Shown here: piece by piece, positions 36,108 through 49,290 of the stretch | Layout: the number at the start of each line of letters is the position of its first letter | Position numbering within the stretch: position 1 is the first letter of the stretch | Origin: Chiloscyllium plagiosum | Taxonomy: Eukaryota | DNA length: 64,000 nt | Direction of reading: 5' to 3' | NCBI RefSeq assembly: GCF_004010195.1 | Contig: NC_057719.1 | Span: 87,257,317 to 87,321,316, forward strand | The notes under the pieces: model-generated | What the model saw: the letters and a program-made list of their open reading frames with translations, nothing else | Told to the model about the DNA's origin: nothing | Database searches by the model: none | Position numbers and translations under genes: made by a program

Positions 36108-36749
36108 CTGAACAAATACAGAAGATAGTTACAGACCAGAATAAACACAGCAAGGACTTCCAAAAACTATACACAATGCTACAGACAGAGAATCTTTAGA
36201 TACTGAACAGATATGCCAAATAATCCAAAGCATGGAAAAGGGTGAGCTCAATTCCACATCTTCCACTTCCTAGTTAAAGGGCCAGTTAGATCAGAGCTAA
36301 TTTTGGATGTTCAATAATCACAGTGACATGTCAAAGTCTGGTCTCCATAGTGCTTTAAAACTACTGGTCCATGTGATTTAGTGCGTGCGTGCGTGTGTGC
36401 GCGCGTGTGACAAACAAGTACGCATGTATGTAAGTCTATACCTGTGAGAGAATATCTCAGTATGTGCATTTTTGTGTGTGCATGCAGGTATTTATGAGAG
36501 CATACGCATGTAGAAATGACATGTGTGCATATGCATGTGGAGGAATATAGGAGTTTATGTATATTTATCAGCATGTGTACATGACATTCTATGTTTTTAT
36601 ATCAGGGTGTGTATATATCCAAATCATATTAAAATCTGTGCATATGTACATAAGAATATATAAATAATGAATCTGTGTATACTGGCATGTAGCTAAACCA
36701 GTTCACCCACAACCTTTGTGTTATATTTGAACCCAGAGATAAATGTACA

Positions 36750-37320
36750 ATTGGCACCCTCACTGAGACCACCTACTTTTACTTCCCAAATATTGCCTGA
36801 TTCCATCCGTGCTCTTGCTTATCCCCTCATTTGTGCCTTTATTGCCTCCGGACGTGACCATTTCAAGGCAGCACTATTCTGTGAACTTGAAGTCATCCAA
36901 ATCTTTGTTGCTCAGATCCTGACTTGCAGCAAGTCGTGTTCACCTTTCACTAGTGTGCTTGGTGACCCAGACTGGCAACAGGTTGAGCAGTAAAATTGGC
37001 ATCCTTATTTTCAAACACTTCCATGGCTTTATCCCCTGTCTAACTTTGTAATCTCATTCTGCCCCATAGCCCTAAAAGATATCTGCACTGACTGGATTGA
37101 GCCACAACTTCAACCCAAGCTGTCCGAAGTGGTGAGACTTCCTTCCGAAGTGGTGAGACTTCCTTCCAAAGCCTCTCAATTTTCCTTCAAGACACCTTTC
37201 AGACATAAACTCTTTGTCCAAGCTCTCATTCATTTGCCCTATTGCTATTGAAGAGGTTCAGGGGTCAAATTCTCTTGTAAAGTAGCTTAGGAAATTATGT
37301 TGTGTTAAAAGCACAAGTAA
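36750..37320 (+). mobile_element. Decayed L2 LINE 3' fragment
   Basis: LICAFIASGRDHF resembles L2 LIHAFVTSRLDY; VLGDPDWQQV resembles the L2 L..LHWLPV region. Confidence 0.6.
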
Positions 37321-37819
37321 ACAGAGGTGGAATGTGGCTGTGTGCAGTGTATTGAAATATGTACCTCAGGTACTGGCATGGATCTGAGGGAGGGCTGAGA
37401 TCTACCCAGCAGCTGTGCCTGGTGCTGGCTGTCCTGAATCCGTGAAATAATGGCCTGTTTGTTCCCATCTCCAGATAGCTGGAGACCAGGCATATCCTGA
37501 GAGATGTGCCATGGGACTCTCGTATGACCTGATCTACAGGCCACAACATGGTAATCGCCCGTGAAGTTTAAACTTCTGATTGGCAATGACCCATCGTCTA
37601 GCACCCTCCAGAATTGCCCTCCGAATTGGGAATCGGAGGAAGAGAGCTCAGAGGGCTCTAACTTACCTCAGCACCTACTTAGGAAAAATTAGAAGAATTA
37701 AAAGCTGCCTAATCCTGGCTAACTAGAAAACTGACCACATTCTCCTCCCAGCACTCGCACTGAACACTTCAACCACTAGTCTTTGCAGTCATTTCTGTGT
37801 TCCAATTAAATTCAAAGAG

Positions 37820-38470
37820 TAATGTTGTGCTTATAAAGGATGTAGACACTGCTAGTATGCAGGCACAGCTAGTAATAAAGGGACTAATGGGGTACTATCC
37901 TTTATTACAAGAGCAATTAAACAGAAAAGTAAGCATTTGATTAGTTATAATCAGATATATTCAGTTAAACTAGGCATTGGTGAGAGAACATTTCAGATAC
38001 TGTGTGCAGTTTTGGTCTCCTGATTTAAGTAAAGCTATAAAGGGATTGGAGCCAGTTCAGAGGAGGCTTATTCAATCACTATCTGGAATGAAAGGATTAT
38101 GTTCTGGGGACAAGTTGGTCAGACTGGGCTTGTTAACATTGAAGTTTGAAAGAGTGAAGGGTGGCTTGATTGAAGTGTATAAAATCCTGAATGATCTTGA
38201 CAAGGTGGATGAGGAAAGGATATTTCCTCTTGTGGTCAGTCCAGAGTTAGGTGTTGGCCTTTCAGGCAAATATTTTCTCTCAGAGGGCTCGCATCTCTCT
38301 ACTTCAGGAGGTGGAGGATGTGAGATCACTGAATATTTTTCAGGTGGAAGTGGACACATTCTTGTCAGGTAATGGAATCAGAGGTTACTGGGAATGTGGA
38401 ATTGAAATGCAAAGAGATCAGCCATGATCTTGTTGAATGAAGGAGGAAACTCAAGGGGCCGATTGGTTGC
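37820..38470 (+). mobile_element. CR1 LINE 3' fragment
   Basis: VREHFRYCVQFWSP...GGLIEVYKILN. Confidence 0.8.
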
Positions 38471-38611
38471 TTCTGTTGCTAGTTCCTATGTTCACACCGC
38501 CTCACCCACTTACCTGTCACCCTACCCTGTCACCTAATCCCCCCCCACCCTGCCTCTTGCTGCTTGCCCCCCTCACCCATCAACCTGCCAGCCAAACTCC
38601 TCAGTCACCCA

Positions 38612-38914
38612 GTCAGGACCTTGGTTCAATTCCAGCCTCGGGTGATTGTCTGTGTGGAGTTTGTACATTCGCCCCGTGTTTGCCTGGGTTTCCTCTGGAT
38701 GTTCTGGTTTCCCCCCACAGTCTAAAGATGTGCTGGTTAGGTGAATTGGCCGTGCTAAATTGCCCATAGTGTTCAGGGATGTGTAGGCTAGGTGCTTTAG
38801 TTGGGGGAAACGTAGATTAATAGGGTAGGGGAATGTCTGGGTGGGATGCTCTTTCGGTGTGGACTTGTTGGACCAAATGGCCTGTTTCCATACTGTAGGG
38901 ATTTCAAATTCTAA
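38612..38914 (+). mobile_element. HE1-type V-SINE (5' truncated)
   Basis: Body and tail match. Confidence 0.85.
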
Positions 38915-39229
38915 ATCTTTACATACTTCCTCTCCCTCTAGATCCCTCAACGCCCCACACGTTCCCCTCTCCCACATGCCAAACTTTGCACTTAAAAACT
39001 TATCTTCCATCTGCTTGTCAAACTGGTTTTTCATTAAACTTTGAATTGTGGGAGTTACTGCTGCAAAAAAGGGACATAGATACCCTGATTCTACCCCTCC
39101 CACTCCGATCACCTGTTTCAATACTCGGACCTGCAGATGACATGTCCTAATCGCTCGGGGAACTGTGATGTGTCTCTCGACTTTGAGAGACCTAATGCAT
39201 ACCCGAGAGAACTGCAGATCACATATTAC

Positions 39230-39386
39230 CTCTGGTCCATCTCGTATTCATTGCTGTACAAATTGGAGCCATACTGGTCATGCAGAAAACGATCCCAACA
39301 TTCCTTTTTTGTCTGTGATAGACTGAGCAGCATCTCTTTTGAACTTGGTTCTTCATTCAGACCCTTCAATTTTCGCAGGCGATTTT
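39230..39386 (-). CDS. CCDC32: CCDC32 middle coding exon (157 nt)
   Basis: Acceptor tttaaacAG (39388-39387), donor GTAATA (39229); phase 1 in, phase 2 out; (E)NRLRKLKGLNEEPSSKEMLLSLSQTKKECWDRFLHDQYGSNLYSNEYEMDQ matches recalled human EKKLRRIKGLNQEVTSKDMLRTLAQAKKECWDRFL. Confidence 0.93.
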
Positions 39387-40534
39387 CTGTTTAAAAAACA
39401 CACACATAGTTCATGAAAGTGTCAAGACCATATCAGCGAGACACACAGTCCAGGACAATAGACAGTCTGCATCAGTTAGACACACAGACCTGGACAGAAC
39501 ATTGACCACATTAGTTAGAAACAGAGTCCAGGACATTACATAGCCCACATCAGGTAGACGCACAATCCAGTAAAGCGCTATTGTGACCCAGTTGGGAAAG
39601 TGTGCTGATACTTGAGCCCTACTACTCCCAGGGTCATCATGAAAATTAAAGATTTAAGCAAATTACTCAATATTCCCCAAGTTAGCTATTTGATGGACTC
39701 AGGTTAACAGAAATCACTGACCAAGTTTCAATAGTTAACAGGAAACCAGTATTAATATGAAGAAGTCAATTCTAATCGCAGGAAAACAAGATATGAATGA
39801 TCAAGTTCTAAATCTGACAGTTTAGATTCTACCCTCTTGCATACACATACATAAACACTGGGGAAACACAGTTCAATAGCACCAGTCCACAGGATTTGAT
39901 GTAGTGTCCTCTATGCTTCTTCCAAGTCCTTCTTATCTCTGATCTCCTTTTCTAGATCCTTGCAGTTCTTTGTTGCAATGGAGAAAGACTGCAGAAAGCA
40001 TCAGCACAGAGGGATTTGGAAGTCCTCATTCACGTTTCACCTCTGATATTCTACTCCTTGCTGATACCAACTGCGGCATTACCGTCCAGTTCCGGAAGTT
40101 TCTGCCATGCAAATACCTTGGAGGCCGACATAGCAGAAAAAAAGAGAGGAACACTGGTCCTCAAACATAAATCACAAAAAACTAGCATATAAGTTCAGTG
40201 GGTGATAGGGAAGGCAAATAGAATGTTGGCCTTTATTTCCAAGGGAATGGAGTATTGAAATGAGGAAGGCCTGGTAAAGCTACACAAGGCACTAGTCAGA
40301 ATACAGCTGGAAAACTGTGAACAGTTATGGGCCCCTCTTCTAGGGAAGGGTATTGGAGAAAGTGAACCTTCTCTGAACTGCCTCCAGTGCTAAAGTAGAT
40401 CCTGTGTACACAGGACTTTTCTTATTGGACAGGTTGAGAAGGTTGGGCCTGCACCTGTTGGAATTTAGAAGAATGAGAGGCAACCTGAATGAAACATACA
40501 AGATTCTTGATATAAGATGTAACATACAACACCG

Positions 40535-41858
40535 GCATCTACACAAAATGTCCAAGTACGTCCTTTTTACAAAAAGCAAGACACATCCAACCCAGCCAAT
40601 TACCGCCCCATTAGTTGCTCTTGATTATCAGTAAAATGATGTAACGTGTCATCAACAGTGCTATCAAGCAGCACTTGCTCAGTGATGCCCAGTTTGGGTT
40701 CCACCAGAACCACTTAGCTCCTGACAAAAGAACTGAATTCCAAAGGTGAGGTGAGAGTGACAGCCCTTGACATCAAGGCTGCATTAAACCGAGTATGACA
40801 TCAAGGAGCCCTAGGAAAACTGGCATCAATAAGAATTCAAGGGCAAACTCTCCACTGGTTAGAGTCAAACCTGCCGCATAGAAAATGGTTGTGGTTGTTG
40901 GACATCAGTTATCTCAGCCTCAGGACATCTCTGCAGGAGTTTCTCAGGAAACTGTCCTAGGCCCAACCATCTTCAGCTGCTTCATCAGTGACCTCCATCA
41001 TAAGATCAGAAGTGGAGATGTTCACTGATGATTGCACAATGTTCAGCATCATTCACAAATCCTCAGATACCGCAGCAGTCTATGTTCAAATGCAACAAGA
41101 TCTGGACAATATCCAGGCTTGTGCTGAAAGTGACAAGTAACACAAATGTCAGCAATGAGAATCTCCAAGAAGAGATGATCTAACTACTGTCCCTTGACAT
41201 TCAATAATGTTACCATTACTGAATTCCCCCCTTCCCCCCCACTCCCCACCAACATCCTTGGGGTTACCACTGACCAGAAACTCAACTGGACTCACCACAT
41301 ATAGGTAGTAGCTACAAGAGCAGGTCAGAGGTTAGGAATACTGAGATGAGTAACTCACCTCCTCACTCCCCAAAGCCGTCCACAAGAAACAAGCCAGGAG
41401 TGTGGTGGAATACTCCCCACTTGCCTGGGTGGATGCAGTTCCAACAACATTCAAGAAGCCTGAACCATTGATTGGCTATACATTCAAAAGTATCCACTCC
41501 CACCCTCAGTGACGCTTAGTAGCAGCAGATGCACTGCAGAAATTCACCAAAGATCCTCAGATAGCACTTTCCAAATCACGATCACTTCTATCTAGAGGAC
41601 AATGTCAGCAGATTCATAGGAACGCCAAACCTTGCAAGCTCCCTTCCAAGTCACTAACCGTCCTGACTTGGAAATATATCACCGTTCCTTCAGTGGAATT
41701 CCCTCCCTTATGGGATTATGGGTCAATCTACAGCACATGGACGACAGCAGTTCAAGAAGACAGCTCACCACCACCTTCTCAAGGGCAATTTGGTACAGGC
41801 AATAAAAAAATGCTGGCCAGCCTGTGATGCCTATATCTGACAAGTGACTGAAAAAGAA
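40535..41858 (+). mobile_element. Second CR1-like LINE family RT-to-3' fragment nested inside an older CR1 (40160-40510 + 41860-42210)
   Basis: ALDIKAA, GPTIFSCFISDL and MFTDDCT motifs plus tail; the host CR1 resumes after it. Confidence 0.82.
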
Positions 41859-42904
41859 ATTGTGAGGGGATTTGACAGGTTAAATGTGGAAAGGTTGTTT
41901 CTCTTTGTGGGGGAGTCCAGGATCAGGATAAAGGATCACCCATTTAAAACAGCGGCTCAGGAGTAATTTCTGCTCTTAAAAGGTCGTGATTCTGAGGAAT
42001 TCTTTAGCGCAAAGGTCTGTTGAGGCTGGGTTGTTAAGCATGTTGAAGGCCGAGATAGACAAATTTTTAAACAGTAAGGAGATTCAAGTGTTATGGGGAA
42101 AAGGCAGGAAAGTGGAGTTGAGGATTATCAGATTAGCCATGATCTCATTGAATGGCAGAGCAGACTTGATGGGCTGGATGGCTTACTATTGCTCATACAT
42201 TTTATAGTCATAAGACACATAGTTGTTGACTCATAATTTGTTCAGTCTTTCGTCACTCGTTAGAAGCAACAGCTTATGGCAAACAGTGGGAGAGAATTTC
42301 CATCTTTGAGTTTTTGGTTACATTACTACTGAGAGAGAAACGGAAGCTGTCTGTTGTAATCTGGAGACCCTCAGCTTCTGTATTGTTCATGCAGTAGCTG
42401 TTGACCTGCCCATAATCCAATCAGAGTTCTTGTTGTCAGGCTGATGGCTCCTGGTTTCCATAACTGCTTCAGATTGCACTAACCAATTAGCATTCTGTCT
42501 CTGAATGAAGTTTGTTCTGCAAACACACCCCGTGGCACCAACTCAGACATCCCCTTCTATTATTTGAAGAAAAGAATAATGACACGCATGAATTCCAGTG
42601 AACGTCTTTTTAAAAGTGCACAGCAGTCTCATTTTCCCATTCTGGTCCACAATCCAAAATAAAGTTATGGAGTCATAGAGTTGTACAGCACATAAACAGA
42701 CCCTTCAGTCCATCTTGTCCATGCCAACCAGATATCTTAAACTGATCTAGTCTCATTTGCCAGCATTTAGCCCATAACCTTCTAAACCATTCCTATTCAT
42801 GTACCCATCCAGATGCCTTTTCGGTGATAGTGATCACAACTCCCTGACCTTTACTATAGTCATGGAGAGGGATTGGAGCAGATGGCATGGGAAAGTATTT
42901 AATT

Positions 42905-43912
42905 TTTAAAAAATTCCCCACACTACTGCCTAACAGTGATAAATCCTAGTTTTATATATACATATATATATATATTTAACTTTACCCCCCCCCCCCCACT
43001 ACCGCCTAACTGTGCTTATATTTTCCACAGTACCCATGTTGTGTGTTTGCAGGTGTGAGACACAGTGAAAGATAACAGGTGTACAATTTATTCAACTTCC
43101 ACCACCAGGAAGAAAGGAAACACCCGATTGGCCAGTGACAAGCAGTGCCCTTCTCAGAGGGCAATGCTATGTGATCAAACAGTGAAGGGGAGGGCAAGGA
43201 TTAAATCAAAATAGAATTGGAGGGGGGAATAATGCACTCCACTTCCTGAGGTACCCATCTTTCCCTGAAAATCTCAAGGGTGTTTGTGGACATCTGGGCT
43301 CTGACATAACCGCGGAAGAGAGGCAGGCAATCGGCCATAATGACCTCCTCCACGGCCCGCTGCCTGGACCTGTTTATTTATTTATTTTTTTGGTCGACCA
43401 CTCCTGTTTACTTTTTTTTCTTTTTTTCTTTTTAAAATTTAACCCCCACACTACCACCTAAGTGCGGTAGTGCTTATTTTTTCCCCAGCACCCATGATGT
43501 GTGTATAGGTGTGAGACACAGTGAAAGACACAAAGTGCATGAATCTTTATTCAAATTCCACCACCAGGAAGATAGGAAAACACCCGGGTGACCAGTGACA
43601 AACACTGCCCTTCACATCAAAGGGCAGTGCTGTGTGATTAAAACAGTGAAGAGGAGAGTAGGGACTAAATCAAAATAGAGTTGGAGGGAGAAATAATGCA
43701 CTCCACTCCCTGCGGCGCCCACCTCTCCCTGAACAACTCCAGGGTGTTGGTCGACGCCGCGTGCTCCTTCTCCAAGGACACCCGGGCTCTAACGTAACCG
43801 CGGAAGAGGGGCAGGCAGTCGGCCCTAACGACCCCCTCCACGGCCCGCTGCCTGGACCTGTTAATGGCCAGTTTGGCCAGGCCCAGGAGCAGACCCACGA
43901 GGAGGTCTTCAG
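42905..43912 (-). mobile_element. Two tandem Tx1-clade (L1-like) LINE 3' ends
   Basis: LLLGLAKLAINRSRQRAVEG...LPLFRGYVRARVSLE...FRERWAPQGVEC; two homologous copies with T-rich tails; 13-bp TSD aaagtatttaatt at 42892-42904 and 43934-43946. Confidence 0.78.
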
Positions 43913-44947
43913 AGTGGACCTGCTTATAGCGGCAAAGTATTTAATTGGGGGAGGGGGAATTACAATTAGGCAGGAACTGTAGAGCATAAATTGGGAACAG
44001 ATTCTCAGGGAAATGCACAACAGAAATGTGGCGGTTGTTTAAGGATCACTTGTTGCAAGTCCTGGATAGGTTTGTCCTACTATGGTATAGATGGTAGGGT
44101 GAAGGAACCTTGGATGATTAGAGATGTGGAATATCTAGTCAAGAGGAAGAAGGAAGCTTACTTAAGTTTGAGGAAGCAAGGATCAGACAGGGCTGTAGAG
44201 GGTTACAAGGTAGCCAGGAAGGAATTGAAAAATGGACTTAGAAGAGCTAGAAGGGGGCATGAAAAAGTCTTGGCGGGTAGGATTAAGGAAATCCACAAGG
44301 CATTCTACACTTATGTGAAGAACAAGAGCATGACCAGTCTGGGGGCAGGGCCGATCAGGGATAGTGGAGGGAACATGTGCTTGGAGTCTGAGGAGGTAGG
44401 GGAGGTCCTTAATGAATACATTGCTTCAGTATTCGCTAGTGAGAGGGGCCTTGTCGTTTATGAGTACGGCGTGAAACAGGGTGATATGCTCAAACAGGTT
44501 GATGTTAATAAGGAGGATGGGCTGGAAATTTTGAAAAACATGAGGACAGGTAAGTCCCTGGACCAGACGGGATATATCCAAGGTTTCAACGAGACGTGAG
44601 GGGAGAGATTGCTGTGCCTTGGGCAATGATCTTTGTGTCCTCACTATCCACTGGAGTAGTACAGATGATTGGAGGGTGGCAAATGTAATTCCTTTGCTCA
44701 AGAAAGGGAATAGGGATAACCCTGAGAATTACAGACCAATCAGTGTTTTGGCGGTGGTGGGCTAATTATCGGAGACAATTCTGAGAGGCAGGATTTATGA
44801 TTATTTTGAAAAGCATAGCTTGATTACAGATAGTCAGCATGGCTTTGTGAGGGAAAGGTCATGCCTCACAAACCTTATTGAATTAGTTGAGGATGTGACA
44901 AAACACATAGATGAAGGTAGAGCAGTGGATGTGGTGCATATGAATTT

Positions 44948-45300
44948 AGGGCAGCATGGCAGCTCAGGAGTTAGCACTGCTGCCTCATAGTGCCAGGGTC
45001 CTGGGTTTGATTCCAGCCTCAGACAACTGTCTGTGTGGAGTTTGCACATTTTCCCTGTATCTGTATGGGTTTCCTCCGGGTTCTCTGTTACCCCCCACAA
45101 TCCAAAAATGTGTAGGTTAGGTGAATTGGCCATGCTAAATTGTCCAATGTGTTCAGGGATGTGTAGTTAAATGCATTTGTCAGGAGTAAACGTAGAGTAT
45201 TAGGGTAGGGGAATGCATCTGGGTGTGTCACTCTTCGGAGAGTCGGTGTGGACTTGTTGGGCTGAAGGGCCTATTTCCACACTGTAGGGATTCTATGATT
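44948..45300 (+). mobile_element. HE1-type V-SINE inserted in CR1
   Basis: Interrupts the CR1 motif VDVVHM/NF...KTFDKVPH. Confidence 0.88.
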
Positions 45301-47129
45301 AACAAGACGTTTGATAAGGTTCCCCATGGTAGGCTCATTCAGAAAGTAAGGAGGCATGGGATACAGGGAAATTTAGCTATCTGGATACAGAATTGGCTGG
45401 CCCATGTACATTTGGCTTTTCCATGTACTTAGATCCCTCAAAGTTGCCACCCAGCTTGATAGGGCTGTTAAGCAGGCATACGGGCAGCTTTTATTAGTAG
45501 AAGGATCAGGTTTCGGGACCATGAGGTCATGCTACAGCTGTACAAGACTCTGGTGTGGCCGCACTTGGAGTATTGGGTATAGTTCTGGTCACTGTGTTAC
45601 AGGAAGGATATGGAAGCTTTGGAAAGGCTTTAGAGGAGATTTACTAGGATGATGCCTGGTTTGGAGGGAAGGTCTTATGAGGAAAGGTTGAGGGACTTGA
45701 GGCTGTTTTAATTAGAGAGAAGAAGGTTGAGAGATGACTTAATTGAGACATATAAGATAATCAGAGGGTTAGATAGGGTGGACAGTGAGAGCCTTTTTCC
45801 TGGGATGGTGATGGCTAGCACGAGGGGACATAGCTTTAAATTTAGGGGTGATAGATATAGGAAAGATGTCAGAGGTAGTTTCTTTACCCAGAGTAGTAGG
45901 GGCATGGAACGCACAGCCTGCAACAATTGTAGACTCGCCAACTTTACGGGCATTTAAATGGTCATTGGATAGGCATATGGATGAGAATGAATAGTGTAAG
46001 TTAGATGGATTCAGATTGGTTTCACAGGTTGGTGCAACATCGAAGGCTGAAGGGACTGTACTGCGCTGTAATGTTCTATGTTCTATAGAAGACAGAGGGC
46101 GGTGATAGATGGAAAGTATTCAGCCTGGAGCTCGATAACCAGTGGTATTCTGAGGGGACCTGTTCTGGGTTCTCTGCTCCTAGTGATTTATATAAATGAT
46201 TTGGATGAGGAAGCGAAAGGGTGAGCTTGTAAGTTTGCCGATGACACAAAGTTTGGTGGAGTTGTGGATAGTGTGGATGGCTGTTATAGGTTGCAACAGG
46301 ACATTGACAGGATGCAGAACTGGGCTGTGAAGTGGCAGATAGAGTTCAACCTGGAAAAGAGTGGAGTGATTCCTTTTGCAAAGCCAAATTTGAATGCAGA
46401 TTACAGGGTTAAAGGCAGGATTCTTGGCAGTGTGGAGGAACAGAGGGATCTTGGGATCCAGGTCCATAGATCCCTCAAAGTTGCCACTCAAGCCGATAGG
46501 GTTGTTAAGAAGGCGTATGCTGTGTTGGCTTTCATTAGCAGAAGGATTGAGTTTAAGAGCCATGAGGTTATGCTGCAGCTCTATAAAGCCCTGGTTGGAC
46601 CACACTTGAAATATTTGTTCAGTTCTAGTTGCCTCATTATAGGAAGGACGTGGAAGCATTAGAGAGGGTGTAGAGGAGATTTACCAGGATGCTGCCTGGA
46701 CTTGAGGGCATGTCTTATGAAGAAAGGTTGATGGAATTACAGCTTTTCTCATTGGAGCGAAGAAGACAGAGAGGTGACTTGTTAGAGAGGTGTACAAGAT
46801 GATGAGAGGCACAGTTAGAGTGGATAGCCAGAGACTTGTTACCAGGGTGAGAATGGCTATCATGAGGGGGCATAATTTTAAGGTGATTGGAGGAAGGTTT
46901 AGGGGAGACGTCAGAGGTAGTTTTTTTTACAGAGTGATAGGTGTGTGGAATGCACTGCCAGAAGTGGTAGTAGAGTCAGATATATTAGGGATATTAAGTG
47001 ACTCTTGGATAGCCACATGGATGATAAAGATATGTAGGTTAGTTTGATCTTAGAGTAGGATAAAAGGTCAGCACAACATTGAGGGCCAAAGGGCATGTAC
47101 TGTGCTGTACTGTTCTATGTTCTAAATGT

Positions 47130-48015
47130 CGCAATTGTAACAATCTTTCTCTGACAGCTCATTCCATAAACGCACCACACTCTGCATGAAAACATTTTGT
47201 CCCTTAGATCCCTTTTATTTTCTCTCTTACGTTAAGCCTATGCCTGCCAGTTTTAGACTCACCTTCTTTGGAGAAAAAACCTTGGCGATTCACGCCCCTC
47301 ATGATTTTAAACCTCTATAAGGTCACCCCTCAGCCTCCAATGCTCCAAGGAAAATTGCCCCAGCCTACTCAGCCTCTCTCTATAGCTGAAATCCTTCAAT
47401 CCTGGCAACATCCTTGTAAATCTCTCCTGCACCGTTTCAAGTTTAAGAACATCTTTTCTATAGCTGGAAGACCAGAATTGAATGTAGTATTCCAAATGTG
47501 GCCTCACCAATGTCTTTTATAGCTGCAACATGACATCCCAACTCCTATACTCAATGCACTGATTAATAAAGTTAAGTGTAATAAATACCTTCTTCACTAC
47601 CTTGTCTCCCTGTGAATCCACCTTCAAGGGACTATGAACCTGCACCCCAATGTTTCTTTGTTTGGCAACACTCCCCAGGACCTTATCATGAAGTCCTGCC
47701 CTGACTTGCCTTATCAACATGCAACAGCTCATATTTGTCTAAATTAAACTCCGTCTGCCAGTTTTAGACCCTCATTGGCCTATCTGGTCAAGGTCCTTTT
47801 GTACTCTGAGATAACCCTTGTCACTATATACTACACCACCAATTTTGGAGTCATCTGCAAACTTACTAACCATTCCTCCTATATCCAAACCATTTATATA
47901 CATAAGAAAAAGTAGTAGAGCCAGCACTCATCCTTGCAGCACACTGCTGGTCACAGGTCTTTAGTTCAAAAAATAACCCTCCTCCATCTCCTACTTTCAA
48001 GCCAATTTTGTATCC
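47130..48015 (-). mobile_element. CR1 LINE RT/3' fragment
   Basis: VRPHLEYYIQFWS...RLRGDLIEV. Confidence 0.85.
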
Positions 48016-48357
48016 AAAGAAAAATAAGAAGTGATATTAATAGTACACAGGTTACACTGACCATCTATACTGGCTACACTAGATTGAACCAGCTGGACAC
48101 AGAGTGTAGGAGAGCCCACTGACTATATCAGGTAGATGTACAGTCCAAGACTGTATGAAATTAGTTGGTGAAGATGTGGGACTGTGTCTCAGCCTTGGTG
48201 TTGGTGACTGTATTGTAGATCAGATATCTGCCTGTTTGGGGTAGACAAAGGCACATTAAATCAGTCACTGTGCTGTGACCTTCCCTAAAATCGTTCAACA
48301 CACTGACAAAGTGTGGACACGACACTTTGAGTAGAACATTTTAAATTGTGCACTTAC

Positions 48358-48610
48358 CCAATACTGCTAAATATTGCTGTGAATCTGCCAGTGGAGTCCA
48401 AGGAGTGACACTTGTCTGATCTTCGTTGTTGTTGATTGAGTCCACATTTAGCACCTTCCCAGGAATTGGGTCAAATATTTCTGAGAAAAATGCTGGCTGG
48501 GAGCTTCTGATCGGGGCTTCAGTTTCATTTCCGTCACTCGTCTGAGCTGCCAGTCCAGCACAAATCCGCTCCCACAGGTCCTCGCTAGATTCCATGTCAC
48601 CAGCATCCAT
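48358..48610 (-). CDS. CCDC32: CCDC32 first coding exon
   Basis: Acceptor ttgctgtatAG (48615-48614), gtgATGg start at 48610, donor GTAAGT (48357), phase 1; DLWERIC..L and PWTPLADSQQYLAVL match recalled human DLWAEICSCL and PWAPLQDSEVYLASL. Joined CDS 253+157+136 = 546 nt, 181 aa. Confidence 0.93.
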
Positions 48611-48649
48611 CACCTATACAGCAAGTCAGACTGAGACAAATGGTCAGAA

Positions 48650-49290
48650 TGAGTCAGTCAGGTAGGAATTGCAGAGATGGATAGATTCAATCAGACAGAG
48701 ACAGGCAGAATCAGTCAGGGACTAACAGAGGTGGATACAGTCAGTCAGACAGGGACAGGCAGAATCAGTCAGAGACTAACAGAGGTGGATAGTCAGTCAG
48801 ACAGGGACAGGCAGAATCAGTCAGGGACTAACAGAGGTGAATACAGTCAGTTAGGCAGGGACAGGCAGAATCAGTCAGGGACTAACAGAGGTGGATACAG
48901 TCAGTTAGGCAGGGACAGGCAGAATCAATCAGGGACTAACAGAGGTGGATAGTCAGTCAGACAGGGACAGGCAGAATCAATCAGGGACTAACAGAGGTGG
49001 ATACAGTCAGTCTGATAGGGAGAGTCAATCAGGGACTAACAGAGATGGATACAGTCAGTCAGACAGGCACAGGCAGAATCAATCGGGGACTAACAGATTT
49101 GGAGTCATTCAGACAGGGACAGGCAGAGACGGATAGATACAGTCAGGCAGGGACAAGCAGAGACATAGAGAGTCAGTCAGGGGGGACAGGCAGAGACATA
49201 GAGAGTCAGTCAGGTAAACAATGGTGGGCTGTACACAGTCTGACAGGGACAGGCAGTGGCTGACAGTCAGGCTGACAGGGACAGACAGCT
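48650..49290. repeat. ~47-49 bp minisatellite (cagacagggacaggcagaatcagtcagggactaacagaggtggatacagt) upstream of the CCDC32 first coding exon
   Basis: About 8 well-conserved units plus degenerate flanks. Confidence 0.9.

Larger units (their letters stand above)
42822..47125 (+). mobile_element. CR1 LINE ORF2 (decayed) hosting nested Tx1, HE1 SINE and a younger CR1 3' end (45405-46085)
   Basis: GDSDHNS at 42822; IKEIHKAFYTYV; LFADD-like aagtttgccgatgac at 46231; VEEQRDLGIQVHRSLK; (tgttcta) tail. Confidence 0.88.

Noticed and set aside
36381..36410. Alternating purine-pyrimidine (Z-DNA-prone) tract near the last CCDC32 exon
   Set aside because: Ordinary GT/GC microsatellite; nothing suggests function.
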